Of a DNA stretch of 64,000 nt, positions 1 through 11,912 are shown in pieces. A model generated the notes under the pieces. The model was not told where the DNA came from. It saw only the letters and a list, made by a program, of their open reading frames with translations, and searched no databases. The number at the start of each line of letters is the position of its first letter. The stretch's first letter is position 1. The position numbers and the translations under genes are program-made. Source of the stretch: Eledone cirrhosa (Eukaryota); NCBI GenBank assembly GCA_964016885.1, contig OZ024741.1:160890001-160954000 (forward strand). Reading direction: 5' to 3'.

Positions 1-1935
1 GAGCTTTCTCTATCTTTATCTCTTTGATAGTTGACCTTATCTTATCAATGGTTGGATCATCAATCCCTGTTAGTCTCCTTTTGTGACACTCCATTAATAA
101 TTTCTTCATCAATTACAGATGGGTTATCAAACAGATCTTTGAAGTGTTCAGTCCACTGACTCATGATTCTTCCTGGATCTTTGATGAGGACGTTCCCATC
201 TTTTGACATTAATGATGACATTTTGGAGGGCTGTGAGCCTAAAACTTGCCTTATTGTGCTGTATAATGCCTTCAAGTCTCTGTAGATATAAGCTCTTTGC
301 ATCTCTGCTGAAACTTCAGACCATCAGTTATTCTTCATCTTTTGTGATTAACTTTGCAGTTTTGACTTTGCTTCTTTGAAGGCCTTCTCAAATGTGGTCT
401 TCACTGGACCCTCTGCAACAAGACGTTTCTCATACAGCTTGTTCTTCTCTTCAATGAGTATGATGATTGCAACATCATTATCATCAAACCAGTATCTGTG
501 TTTTGTTTTCTTAAGACCAAGTACATCAGCCCCAGCATTGTTAACCTATTTTAAACTGTTCCAAGTTCCATCAAAGACAATGTTATCAAGTGCATTTTGA
601 AGAGCATCTCACATTCTTAAACCTTGCCATTCGGACACATCTATACATTTTGCACTTGTACCTCTGCTGCCCTCACTTTTCTTCTGATCTGCACCTTCAT
701 CTTGCCACATACAATTTGTGGTCTGTACCACATTTTGCACCACACATTACTCTTACAGAGCAGATATTCTGGAAGTCTCTCTTTTTGGTGATGATATAAT
801 CTAAGATGTATCCATGTTTAGCACTTGGGTGTATCCATGTTGCCTTGTGGGTCTCATTTTTCTGAAAAAAAGTAATGTACATGGCTAGCTCAAGCTCAGT
901 GCAAAATTACAAAAGGTGAATACCATTGGCATTCATCTTGCCCATACTGTGATGTCCTAAAACACTCCAGACATGGTCGTCACATGTGCATTGGTATCTT
1001 CAAGAAGCAGGATCTTGTCCGAATGCAGAATCGATGTTTTACACCCTTGTAAATCTTGGTAAAAAGCCATGATTTATTCCTGGCTACTATCCAGGGTAGA
1101 GGCATAAATTGAAATGATAATCATGAAATGTCCCCTTGAAAGAGGAACTTTTTGGTGTATAATTTGATCACAAATGCCTTGTGATTGCTCCAGTCACCTT
1201 CTGACCTCTGTCCAGACAATGAAACCTAATCCTCCTTTCCTTTTTTTCACCATTTGGTTTCCCTTTCCAGAAGAACGTTTGGCTGGCACTCCTTTCTGAT
1301 AGATGATCTTCACTACTAAGATGGATTTCAGAGAGTGCAGCTATATCAATATTATACCTGCTCAATTCTCTGCCAACAATAGCAGTTCTGCATTCTGGAT
1401 TTGTGGATGATTCCCTGTCAAGAAGTGTTTTAATATTCCATGTAGCAACATTCAATGCAATTCTATTCTTTTGAAAATTACTATTCTTGTTTTTCCTGCC
1501 AGTATGTCTCAGAACAGACAATGTTTGGGTCACCTTTTCTAGACATCTTCCAAGATTTGAGTGAGCAGTGTTCTCCCTTGAAAGGGCTTCTCATTCACAA
1601 AACACTCCATCGAAACCAGTTATTACGAAGATTGGCAATGATGTTAGGTAAGCCTTAAGCTGCCTGTGTGTAGATTAGCAACAGCATACCCCTAATTACT
1701 TAGTTCTGTAGAAATGAGTTGCAATGTCACTTGTGCCAAGCTGTATCAGCCATTGCCTTTCCTTTGGACAACATCAGTGGCATGGAGAAAAGGACTGATG
1801 TATGTGGATGACTGCTGGTCTTCCACAAAAACACATCGGTTGGACTTGTTCCTTGGAGAGAACTTTCTAGGTGTAAATCCTTTCTGTCATATTGCTGCTG
1901 CATGCTACTGGTAACATGTAACCCAGTACAACCTG
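1..1935 (-). mobile_element. RTE-clade (BovB-like) LINE, 5' part: 5' UTR, APE endonuclease and linker; decayed, runs off the window edge
   Basis: ORF 1168-1533 has LNVATWNIKTLLD...ELSRYNIDIAALSE...TFFWKG (APE motif I). 697-882 has ATWIHPSAKHGYILDYII...CGTDH (APE C-terminal motif). 60-302 is the typical RTE linker (KDGNVLIKD...WTEHFKDLF). Stops and frameshifts lie between the pieces. The 5' boundary is approximate. Confidence 0.9.
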
Positions 1936-1959
1936 TCACATGTATATATATATATATAT

Positions 1960-3714
1960 TATTATTAAAAGATCAGAGGCCATAATCTGTTGTTTCAGGT
2001 TTATTCAAAACTCCGTTAAACAAGTTTTAATGAGGACTATCAATGGTTTTTAAGTCAACTTTGTGAATAAAATAAAGAACCATTCATGGAGAAAAAAAAG
2101 CCACACTTTTGATAGATTCTGTCCTTGACTATTATTTATTGACATCACATATGCAGGCCTCACAGGATATTGTCTGTGTCTCAGAGTGAATGGGAGATCT
2201 GTATTGGAGGGTTGAAGGTCATTTTGCTTGCTGTTATGAGAGTGTTGGTTGCAGATAGAACCATGTATCAAGTTCCATTGCAGTGACCGTTTCTGTGATC
2301 TAGATTTCTCAGCAGCATTATAGGAGCTCCAATTTTCAGTTTGATGATATGAGGAGGTATACCACTTATATTAAGAGAATTTAGAAATTCAGGTGCATAA
2401 AGATTGGCTTGGTGTTTATCCACGATCAAATCAACGCTTCTAAGAGTCATTGTTTCCCCTGGAAATTTCCACTTGATTTCATCATTAAGAATGTCAACTT
2501 CAGTGTGTTTGGTGGTAAGGATGGCTCTTGATAACCACCGAGCATCATTATAATTAGGTTCTAAGCTCTCATACATAAAATGAAATAAATTTTCTTTACT
2601 ATTGACCTGATAATAGGCTGGAATTTCAATTGCATTACTGTAAGGAAAGTTAGCAATGTGAGGAATCCTTCCCTCTCCTAGTTGCATGACACTCCAGGCA
2701 GCGTGTGTGTGAGATGAGGTCATTGTTGTCTAACTATAAACTCTCATGTTTATAGTCAGACAAAAAATTTGGCAATGGTTCTGAATGGTGGACATTTTTA
2801 AGTGAGCGTTAAGTGAGTGTAAAAGTTGGTCGCTGTGCCTTTTGCACCACTGGAAAGATTTGACGAAAATCTTCCCCCAGTTTTCCTCCAAATATTAAAT
2901 TATTATTCATAACATCTCTCAGAGTTCGGTCTAGTGCTTAAAAGTGATGGCAGTGAAACATTTCTAAATATTCTGAATATAGATGAACGTTTTCCAAAAC
3001 TGAACATTATCCACAACTGAACGTTTTCCAAAACTGAACCTAAAAAAAAAATAGTCTACAAAAGAATATGTACTATTCAAATCTGACAGTTGCCTATGAT
3101 AACACTTTTCAGAGAGAGGGGCTCTGCCTTAAATCTGACAACTGTTTCAATATTGATTTTAAAATAGCGTCAACTTGTTAAATTATTATTTTAGTTCACC
3201 TTTAGTTCTCCTTCACTGAACCATTTTCATGTGAGTCTGTCTATGAATCTATGAACGCTTGCTGCTCCCCTATGTGTATATAGATGAGAGCGATGTCGTC
3301 TTCTCCCTCTATCTGTCACACTCACACATGCTTCCTCACTCTAAACCAGGGTTTCCCAAACGCGGAACCCTTTTTGGATTAGAAAGTTTTGGGGTAACCC
3401 CAAAGTCTAATATTGTTATATGGACGTAATATAGATATACTCCTCTACCTTTTTTCACGGAACCTCAGACCCTCCTTTGTAGAACCCATTTTGGGATTGC
3501 TCTAAACAAATGACGATCCTTTTCTCTCTCTGTGTATGTACATCTCTTTCACTTGGTAGTCTCCCACTCTCTATATAGATGAGAACGATGTCGTAACTTT
3601 CTGTCACCTCGAAAACACACGACGTTCCCTTTTCTCTATGTACATACCCCTCTCTATATAAAATGAGCGTGAGGTCGGATAGACAAACATACAGTGCTCT
3701 TATTATAGTATAGA
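1960..3714 (-). mobile_element. Internally deleted Helitron with PIF1-like helicase remnant
   Basis: 2050-2723 encodes RAILTTKH...EFLNSLNISGIPPHIIKLKIGAPIMLLRNLD..GHCNGT and RQYPVRPAYVMSINNSQGQNLSKV (Helitron PIF1 helicase motifs). A minus-strand 5' end A|TCTATACTATAATAAG starts at 3714. No 3' CTAG end was found. Confidence 0.8.
3347..3499. mobile_element. hAT (Charlie/MER5-like) MITE nested in the Helitron
   Basis: Left TIR CAGGGTTTCCCAAAC and a degenerate right TIR TTTGGGATTG. Exact 8-bp TSD CTCTAAAC at 3339-3346 and 3500-3507. Confidence 0.8.
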
Positions 3715-3739
3715 TTAATATATATATATATACATATTT

Positions 3740-4030
3740 ATTTAAAAGAGTCGGAGTCAGTGTTGCAGCATATGTACAAACTTTATTTGTATATTACAAT
3801 TGCTTTGATATCGATCAGCTCAATGTCCAATCTAGGTGATGACCCTTACTCTTTTTCTACATCTAAAGTTTAGATGTGTCTTTCCACATAGAAGCTCACA
3901 TATCTGATGATATGTCGAAAGGGAGTCAGGCCTCGTTACCTTGATTATACCCTGAGCTGATCGATATCGAAACATTTGTAATATGCAAATAAAGATTGTA
4001 CATATGCTGAAACACTTCGATTCCTTTAAA
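3740..4030. mobile_element. Small non-coding PLE-type element with inverted pLTR arms
   Basis: About 3740-3821 is an imperfect reverse complement of about 3954-4030. The element contains a hammerhead motif followed by AATAAA. Confidence 0.65.
3899..3985 (+). ncRNA. Type I hammerhead ribozyme motif (PLE-type)
   Basis: Stem I CATAT/ATATG. Core CTGATGA at 3904-3910. Stem II TAT(GT)CGA/TCGATA. GAAA at 3969-3972, then CATTTG and TA (GUA cleavage triplet). AATAAA at 3988. Confidence 0.75.
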
Positions 4031-4449
4031 TCTATTTACATCCTCCACACTACAGTCGTAACACTGGAATACAACCCAAAACAAAACGGAACTCATAACC
4101 GCACCGAGTGCTACAAATTAAGGTGTTCGCTTCAACATCAGGGGCGGATAACTGTCGACGAATCATATTTCGTTCTGCGTTTGGAACGACTGTGTTAAGA
4201 TAGCAACATTTTCAAATCTGGTACTATTTAAAAAAAAAAACAAAGTTGTATAACTTAAACAAACAGTAAACGTAAGAATTCACACTGAGAAGAGAGAAAA
4301 TATATGTCACACATACATTTACTCTCTTTTCTAATTTATATAAACCTATGATCCTATGTAACTACCTACTTTACGACAAGTAAACCTTTTGATACAAACG
4401 CGTCGAAAATCGGCCCTGGTTATCTGAAATATAACGTTTTTTTTTTTAC

Positions 4450-5025
4450 GGAGTTCTCTCCCTTGAGCTTTAAAATATTTTCTTGGCGATTGGGTCGATG
4501 CCTTGTCGGAGGCCAACATTAGCTGCCTACCCAGTAAAGATGAGCTCAGTACCTTCATTGCGCTTGGAGTAGGAGCAGATGTCTGTGGGGAATTGAAATG
4601 TTCCTTTGATTCTACAGGTTTCCATTTTTTGCCATATCCCCTCTATTTTGGAGCTGGCTGGATTGTCCAGACTTCATGGGAAAAAATCCGATGGTCTTAC
4701 CCTTTGTCCCTAGGTAAGAGGTAGATGTCTCATCTGGGGCGCCTGAGTCAGTGACTCTATTGCTCTTTCTCGCATCATGGATGCTGTAGTAAAAGTAGGG
4801 GTCACTGATTCCGTAGCCGGAGAGAATAAAATTCTAAAATACCAGGAATCGTCACCAAACTATTCTTTTCAACCCGTGACGTTCGAAACGTTTGGGGAAG
4901 CTAAGCCATTGACAATGAAGTTCTTGTCATGGTTGGCGGCTCGCTTTACCAAGGTAACCTGTGATACCAACGAGGGTGCTTGGTTGTTCCAGCACTTTAG
5001 CCTTGCTGTCACGTGTGGGAATGCC
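4450..5025 (+). mobile_element. CRE-like non-LTR retrotransposon 3' fragment (restriction-like endonuclease domain)
   Basis: Frameshifted pieces read LGVGADVCGELKC, PDGLTL...GRCLIW and KYQ..YSFQPVTFETFG...WLFQHFSLAVTCGNA, which are RLE (PD..D) motifs of CRE-type elements. Confidence 0.7.
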
Positions 5026-5245
5026 GTTTTGAATTCCATGTGTCTAACACCCGTAGACATGCTTACAAAATCAGAAAACAGTACAGCTCCCATGACTTTC
5101 GGAAACATTTTATCGCGGTAAGAGTTGCTGAAGCATATAACAAACTACTTGCAACAATTGTTAGCTGTTAAGATACTGCATCCTTCAAAACTTCCATGGC
5201 TTTTGAAATTCGTTAACACTTCACCTGATATTCCCTTTCCATACA
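5026..5245 (+). mobile_element. CR1-type LINE 3' end fragment
   Basis: Near-identical to the reverse complement of the 3' end of the CR1 element at about 36230-36440 (FLNSMCLT..TKSENSTAPMTF). Confidence 0.8.
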
Positions 5246-5494
5246 CACACATGTGTGTCAGTGTGTATATCATGACTCATATTCTATGTACTATATATTT
5301 TCATATGTGGTAAAAAAAACTAGGAGGTTATATCCGCAGTAAGTAGAGCACCGAGTCCAAAGGACGGGTTCAGTATAGAGTTAGTTCCACAACAAATTAG
5401 CAAACCATACTCAAGGACGCGCGTTTCACCAAGCGGATTTTCAACCCGTGTGTGGCTGCGTTGAGAAAGGAAGTGTATATGAGTTGACTGGATT

Positions 5495-5832
5495 CTGCAC
5501 GATAATCGGCGATATTTTGGTGACTAGAGAGAAACTGTATAAGAGGGATAAGCTGTAGTGCGCGGGAGAGAAGACTGCATTGGTATGGACATGTGATGCG
5601 CATGAAGGATGACCGCTGGGTAAAGAAGTGCCAAGAAATCCCAGTAGAAGGAACACGCAGTATAGGAAGACCACGAAAATCATGGACGAAGATGGGGAGA
5701 GTTGGCCTTAGATCACTGAAGCTCACTGAGGAGATGACGAAGGACCGCGACGAATGGAGAGATGTGCTGAATAGGACCCGTCTCACCCTTGCAAGCAGGG
5801 AAAAGTGGACATAAAATGATGATGATGATGAT
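5495..5832 (+). mobile_element. RTE LINE 3' fragment with (GAT)n tail
   Basis: RLHWYGHVMRMKDDRWVKKCQEIPVEGTRSIGRPRKSW, then the GCAAGCAGGGAAAAGTGGAC terminal motif and a GAT-repeat tail. Confidence 0.85.
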
Positions 5833-5904
5833 AGAGAGATAACTCAAATTAGACTGATGCGGGGGGAGACAATTTTCGTTTGATTTATAATTATCCCGGG
5901 TCTC

Positions 5905-6030
5905 TATACAAACTTAGCAGAGGCATTAAAAAATCTAGATCTTCCACGAATACTTTCGTCCTATCTGATAAAACAAACAACATTTATGAGGTTGACCAAA
6001 CTACTTACAACCTCTTGGCACAAAAAACTA
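5905..6030 (+). mobile_element. Penelope RT N-terminal micro-fragment
   Basis: Translates KLSRGIKKSRSSTNTFVLSDKTNNIYEVDQTTYNLL, resembling the PLE (A/S)DKT..Y motif. Confidence 0.45.
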
Positions 6031-6074
6031 TAAGGTGGAAAAAACTGTGATACATAAGTATATATATATATACC

Positions 6075-6410
6075 CAGGGAGTGTAACTTGGAATTGCTGT
6101 AGGTTCACCCGGGTGAGCATTCGATGTTTAGGTTCACTTCAGTGTCCAGGTGTAGCGCTAGATAGGGTGTATTATAGTAAAATAAAATAAAACAAGGACG
6201 ATTGGTTACTCCTTCATTACGTTTGTCAGACCCTTTACAATAGTAATGGAAAACATTTTTTCCATTACCATTGTAAGGGGTCTGACGAGTCACGGATTAC
6301 AGAGTCGGGCTAGATCGATACAGATCGAACCTTGAGCTGATAAGTAGCGAAACGCGTGTCAACATCCAATAAACGTAATGAAGGAGTAATCAATCGTCCT
6401 TGTTTTGCGA
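6075..6410 (+). mobile_element. Small non-autonomous PLE-like element with nested inverted repeats and a hammerhead core
   Basis: Outer inverted repeat 6189-6224/6370-6406 and inner hairpin 6225-6286. CTGACGA at 6282 ... GAAA-CGCGT-GTC at 6349-6360, then AATAAA. A related copy lies in opposite orientation at about 8280-8463. Confidence 0.6.
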
Positions 6411-6987
6411 AGAAATACCTATGATGGCTAGTAGACCACTGATGATGGATAGTCCTGGCTTCTATTTCTAATTCTTCATTTTAATTTGTATATCACATTT
6501 GCAACAACACAGCACACCATTTTTCATTCCTATATATATATAGGTCCCACCCCTGCAAGCAGGGAAAAAGCGGATTTAAAATGAAATGATGATGATGAAT
6601 TATGAAGACTAAAATCCAAAGAGGGCTCGATAAGGATAAATATATATCAAATATATAAGAACCGTAGAGCAAATATTTATTAAAATAACAGATTAAAGTT
6701 TAAGCAAAGAATCGCTGCTTCCACCCTTAACAGGATCTTCTGAAACTAACAAAGTCAATCTGTGAACGCAGAAGTGAATATTTCAAAAAAACGTTGCAAC
6801 CGGAGGAAGACAGAAATTTAATATTTAATATTAACAGCCCCCTCACCAGATAGCCTCAAGTAGACCGAATAGCCAGCACTTGAGGGCGACTGGCTAAAGT
6901 GGAAGATGCTAGATGGTCGGTCGTCCTCCGGTCTTTGATTTTCAGCCCCATGGATTTTATCTATTACATTCATTTATTATATTTCGA

Positions 6988-7045
6988 ATACCTGATGATA
7001 TCACCGGATTCATACGGAATCCGGTCATTGAAATGATCTTAGTAT
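6988..7045 (+). ncRNA. Type I hammerhead ribozyme motif (PLE-type)
   Basis: Stem I ATAC/GTAT. CTGATGA at 6992-6998. Strong stem II ACCGGATTC/GAATCCGGT. GAAA at 7030-7033, then TGATC-TTA. AATAAA at 7046. Confidence 0.7.
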
Positions 7046-7098
7046 AATAAACCTTTCAAGGATTACACAAGTCCAGCCTCCTGTCATTTTATTATAAT

Positions 7099-7149
<51 letters not shown>

Positions 7150-7656
7150 CTTGTGATCTCTGTATTACCGAATCATATTACATAACTCTACCGATTAACG
7201 ATAGAACGGAGGTAACTATTAGCTGTCAACATCGAAGGGCTAATTCCTTCGCCAATAGAATATTTGACCCAACATAGTCATCTAGCCCCATTTTCACTTG
7301 TAGCTAATAAGTTAAATAGCTATAACTAACTTAGATAATTATAAGTTACCGCCCCTACATTGTCTCTCAATTAAAAACATTTAAAAATTAGCACTTAACT
7401 ATAAACTACCCACAATTTCTAATCTCTTGAGGAGTTACTTCCCCTGAAACCACCCTCTAATTAGTAAGGTAAATATGTCCTTTGGCGGCCATCTTGTTAC
7501 CCATAGGCAGATCTCACACAATGCAGCCTCGACAGATGAATACTGCTTGATTATGGCTGACAACTGATACAACAAGGACACCATAGTGAAACACCAATAT
7601 ATGGAACACTACATTATGTAACATTCTCTCTTTATTTTAATTTATATTCATTTGAA

Positions 7657-7772
7657 GTTCCGATGAGCCGCTCTGTTTTTAAATATGTTAATTATTTTCA
7701 ACTGAACCAGATCAATAATGATATATAGTCATCTGATCCAGATATATATGGAGTAGCGAAACAATTGTAAAC
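7657..7772 (+). ncRNA. Hammerhead-like motif with variant core CCGATGA and long stem II insertion
   Basis: Stem I GTT/AAC. CCGATGA at 7660-7666. Stem II GCCGCTCT/GGAGTAGC. GAAA at 7758-7761, palindromic CAATTG, then TA. Confidence 0.6.
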
Positions 7773-7777
7773 GGACA

Positions 7778-7890
7778 TTCAAATCCCGCCGAGGTTAACT
7801 TTGCCTTTCATCCTTACGGGGTCGATAAAATAAAGTACCAGTTATGTACTGGGTAATTGCTGGCCTTGTGCCTAAAGTAGAAACAACTAT
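7778..7890 (+). mobile_element. SINE fragment with Deu/Nin-like central domain
   Basis: TTCAAATCCCGCCGAGGTTAACTTTGCCTTTCATCCTTACGGGGTCGATAAAATAAAGTACCAG...GTAGAAACAA. Further copies at about 17775-17890, 22345-22495, 23270-23490, 29228-29342, 29515-29670 and 30839-31030. Confidence 0.75.
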
Positions 7891-8026
7891 TATTAATATT
7901 ATTATTATTATTCTCTACATTCCTTACATCAAACTAAAATATGCTGACAATCTTTCAATAATGTCTTCCTTATGAAATGTGTGGCCTTGTTTTGCTTAAC
8001 TAATGAATATATATATATATATATGT

Positions 8027-8150
8027 GAAGGCGTGTGGTTGAGCGGTTAGAGAATTGGATTCGCAATCGTAAGGTTGTGAGTTCGATTCCTGGACCAGGC
8101 GATGCGTTATGTCCTTGAGCAAGACACTTTATTTCACGTTGCTCCTTCTA
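8027..8150 (+). mobile_element. tRNA-derived SINE (CORE-like body)
   Basis: A-box TGGTTGAGCGG and B-box GAGTTCGATTC, followed by GTCCTTGAGCAAGACACTT. Confidence 0.8.
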
Positions 8151-8243
8151 CCTGGAGTTGCGACCGATAGATAGTATTAGCAATTGGAAAGACCAACGGA
8201 AACATTGTTCCCTCGGTCCGATTTGACGAAAGTCGATCGACTC

Positions 8244-8279
<36 letters not shown>

Positions 8280-8284
<5 letters not shown>

Positions 8285-8463
8285 GATGATTTGTTATGTG
8301 TTCATTACGTTTATTGAATAGTGACGCATGTTTTACTATTGATCAGCTCAAGGTTCAATCTGTATCGATTTAGACCGACTCTAGAATAAAGTTTTCGTTC
8401 GACTGAAAAGTAGGCATCGAGTGCTCACTCTGGTGAACCTACAGTAACTGGACATTGAATTCC
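8280..8463 (-). mobile_element. Second copy of the 6075-6410 PLE-like element family
   Basis: Reverse complement matches CTGTAGGTTCACC..GTGAGCA.TCGATG and GAGTCGG.CTA.ATCGATACAGAT.GAACCTTGAGCTGAT...CAATAAACGTAATGAA. Confidence 0.65.
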
Positions 8464-8539
8464 ATATATATATATATATATATAAAAATCAGGAAAGAAG
8501 GTTTACATGGTTTGCTATACAAAAAAGTTTTTAATCACA

Positions 8540-8650
8540 TAGCTTACATTTGTTTCACTGAACTGGTATGTCTAGAGATCGCTATCCGCTTAATTTTGCG
8601 TTACTCGATCGCCAATACAGAATTATAACCAGTCAGATCTTCGGAGCATG
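8540..8650 (-). ncRNA. Hammerhead-like motif with variant core CCGAAGA and long stem II
   Basis: Minus strand reads GCT-CCGAAGA-TCTGACTGGT...ACCAGTTCAGT-GAAA-CAAATG-TA-AGC. Stems I and II pair. Confidence 0.65.
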
Positions 8651-8999
8651 CGAGAATGAAGAAAATACACAGGCAAGAAAAGAATAGAAAATACGGCTAC
8701 TATATGGAGTAGTTATGGCATTCAATTAGAACAATAACAACAATTACAACAATGCTATCAATAAACTATTTAAGGAGACCCTGACATTACTTAGGTGAGG
8801 GGTATATAATGTATCTAATGTTACGGCGTGAAAACCAGCTGTCATAAGGCAAAAAGTATCGTAGTGTGTATCAATTTTAAATTATAAAGATAAGCTAGTT
8901 TTTACAGTCTTTCTCTTCATCTTCAACAGTATACATGAGTGGGACCACTGTCAAAGCTCAATAGTTGTAGAGTTAATACAGAGGTTAACGAATTAATAT

Positions 9000-9037
9000 A
9001 CGCATATATCTACGCACACACACACACACATACACAT

Positions 9038-9079
<42 letters not shown>

Positions 9080-9547
9080 GCATGTGTACATAGACACATA
9101 CATACACATCAATATATGTATATTTTTGTACGAGTGTTAAAAATTGATTTTGCGCCAAATGTAGGTTTGTCGAAGAGTGTCCTTTTTCGCTTGATTGAGA
9201 AGTCACTGAAAAATAAGTCTTTAAAGACAAATATGTGTGTGTGTGTGTAGTAAAGAGGTTCATTGTTGTGATAATGGTCAGTAGGGATGTGTGTGTGAAT
9301 TGCAGTCATGTTGAAAAGTCAACAGTTCAGGTGCCTATTAAGACAAATATGTGTGTGTGTGTGTGTAGCAGAGTAATTCGTGGTAGAGGGATCGGTCAGT
9401 AGGAATGTGTCTGTACGTGTGTGGGGGATATTTTAACATGTTGAAAGATATTTTTCAGCTCTTGTCTTATACGGAGAAGTGTGTGTGTGTGTGTATATGT
9501 CTCTTTGTATGTTAGTGTACGCGTGTGTATGTGTGTGTGTATATGCG

Positions 9548-9579
<32 letters not shown>

Positions 9580-9580
9580 G
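9000..9580. repeat. (CA)n/(TA)n/(TG)n microsatellite-rich tract
   Basis: Visible dinucleotide runs. They account for the H/T/I/Y/V/C-rich spurious ORFs here. Confidence 0.9.
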
Positions 9581-10019
9581 GTGGACCAGTATTTTTGTGA
9601 TACTGGTAAAAATGGTGTACATTATTCGATATTTTTAGCAAAAACGATTCTCTCAAGAGAACATCAAAAACATTAATAATAAAAGGTGTGAAATGATATA
9701 TAGTATTGTCATAACACCAAGGTGTGTGTGAGTGTCCAGATTGTACGTACTGCAAGGGGAATCCATTAGGCCCTGCCGTATTGGAATACTTGTGTACAAA
9801 TATGTATGTGCCCATCAGTGTGCAATGCATGTGTGCGTATATGTATGTGTGTGTGTCGGCACGTTTATATCTATAGACATCAAAAGGTATGCAAATTTGT
9901 GTATATTTGTGTTGCACCATATAACATGTGTGTTTACGTATGTCATTGTGTTTATATGTGGGTAGAGATGTATGTAGGATGTATGCTGATGTAGGTATGT
10001 ATGTTGACGTATGTATGTT

Positions 10020-11912
10020 GTGGGTTCGTCTTAGCGAGAAGTGTTTAGACGGGGTCCGTATTTGTTAATAAAGTGAGATTCCTTGCTAATGCACTGGGTG
10101 TGGGTGGCATTATCTTTAAATTTATAGAGGGGAAAGATTCTAAAGTTGGGATGATTTTGGGCGGCACAGGTATCAATGTGTTCACTCAGTGGTATTTTCC
10201 TGTATTCCCGTATTTTAATTTGGGATCTATGGACAGTCTTGCGTTGGCGGAGGCTGTTTTTGGTCTGGCCTATGTATTGTTCTCGACAACCTGAGCAAGT
10301 TAATACATATATTAGATTTTCTGATGCGCATGTGAAATTGTGTTTTACTATAAAACGTTGTCCTTCTTTGAAATAGAATTCCGAACCCTCTATTAGGTTG
10401 ATGCATGTGCCACAGTTGGGTCTATCTCATTTTTTTTACTGTGGGTTTCGTTGTTGTGGTTGGCAGTACTTTGGCATGTGTTAGGATGTTTTTCATTGAC
10501 TTAGATTGTCTTTTGCTCTTTATGATATCGTGTGTTCGAAGGATTTGGTTCATTCTATGGTCCTTTATTAACACAGGGATGTTCTGGAGGATGGTGTGAA
10601 AGGCCTCATTGTTGAGGGGGTTGTGTGTGGAGATGTATGGAAGAGCTTTTAGTTTCGGTTGATTTACTTTAGGGTGTCTAAGGTCCTGGGTACTGAGTTT
10701 TAGGGCACGTTGGATTCCATTGTCAATTAGTGATGCAGGGTAGTCCCTGCCTATGAGTGTGTCCTTTAGTTCTTGTAGCCGTAAGTAACAGGTGTTTTTA
10801 TTGGAGACTATAGTACAGATTCTCTTGGCTAAGTTGTAGGGAATATTAATTTTAACGTGTCTAGGGTGGCAAGAGTTGAAAGGAAGATATTGCTTGGCGT
10901 CTGTGAGCTTGTAGTATATGTCTGTTTCTATTTTTTTGTTATGAATCTTAATGAGGATGTCGAGGAAGGGGAGTTGTTGATGGCTGTATTCCATCGTAAA
11001 GTTAATATTCGTGTTGAGCCCATTTATAAGGGTGTGAAATTCTTTAAGTTTCTCTATGTTTTCGTGCCAAAGGACGAAGCAGTCATCTAGATATCGCTTC
11101 CAGTTCTTTTCTATGTGTAAGTGGAGTGTTTCCAAATTTGTTTAGTACTTTAGTGTAGAGGGTGATTTCCAGGTATCCCATGACTAGGTTGGCATAAGTG
11201 GGGGCTGTTTTCGTTCCCATAGCGGTCCCAGATTTCTGCCTGTAGGATTTGTTATTGAAAACGAAGTGATTGTTCTCCAAGATAAATTTGAGTCCCTCTA
11301 TCACGAATTCTTTTTTGATGCGTTGTGGGAGTTCATTGTGGTAATTATCCAGCCAGAATTGGATAGCTTCTATTTCTAGGTTGTGGGGGATGTTGGAGTA
11401 TAGGTTGACTACATCGAACGTCACTAGTAGGGTTTGCTTAGAAAGGGGCATATTAGGGAGGTGATTGAGCATATCTAGGTTGTCCCTTATATAGCTTTTG
11501 ATGTGTTTGAGAAAAGGCTTGAGAAGGGTATCAATGAAGTTGCTAAGGCGGTGGGTTTCGCAAGCGGGGCCTGCTATTATAGATCTTAATTTGAGATCAT
11601 TGGGTGAGGGGACATTGATGACTATGTCTGTGGCTTCCTTGCATGCCTTACTTATTAATTCGCTTTTATGTACTTTAGGGATACCGTAGAAAAGGCTGGA
11701 TTTACTTGTGAAGTCTGTGATGAAGCTGAATTCCTTGTTAGTGAGTCCTTCTTTGTATTGGTTGATCAGAGTTTTTAGGTTTCTCATAATTTTCTGTTGA
11801 TTGTAGTGTTCAGCCTTTTCGTAGTATGTTTCGTTTTCCAAAGTGGAGGGCGCTAAGTTGATATAGAATTCTGTCTCCATTAGGACTACTGTACTCCCTT
11901 TATCAGCCTCTT
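10020..11912 (-). mobile_element. Penelope-like element: RT plus GIY-YIG endonuclease, frameshifted and 5'-truncated
   Basis: EADKGSTVVLM, FYGIPKVHK, LVTFDVVNLYSNIPH, YRQKSGTAMGTKTAPTYANL, WKRYLDDCF, LPFLDI, TDIYYK. GIY-YIG NLIYVLTCSGCREQYIGQT at about 10260-10320. Frameshifts near 11130 and 10430. Confidence 0.95.

Noticed and set aside
8027-8100. tRNA gene (also 17510-17587, 46711-46790 and 47790-47865)
   Set aside because: A and B boxes are present, but there is no proper cloverleaf or terminator, and the sequence continues into a SINE body.
8939-9994. Many ORFs rich in H/T/I/Y/V/C (also 18281-18517, 44388-44838, 49703-50020 and 56790-57208)
   Set aside because: They are translations of (CA)n/(TA)n/(CACCA)n/(CATC)n simple repeats.
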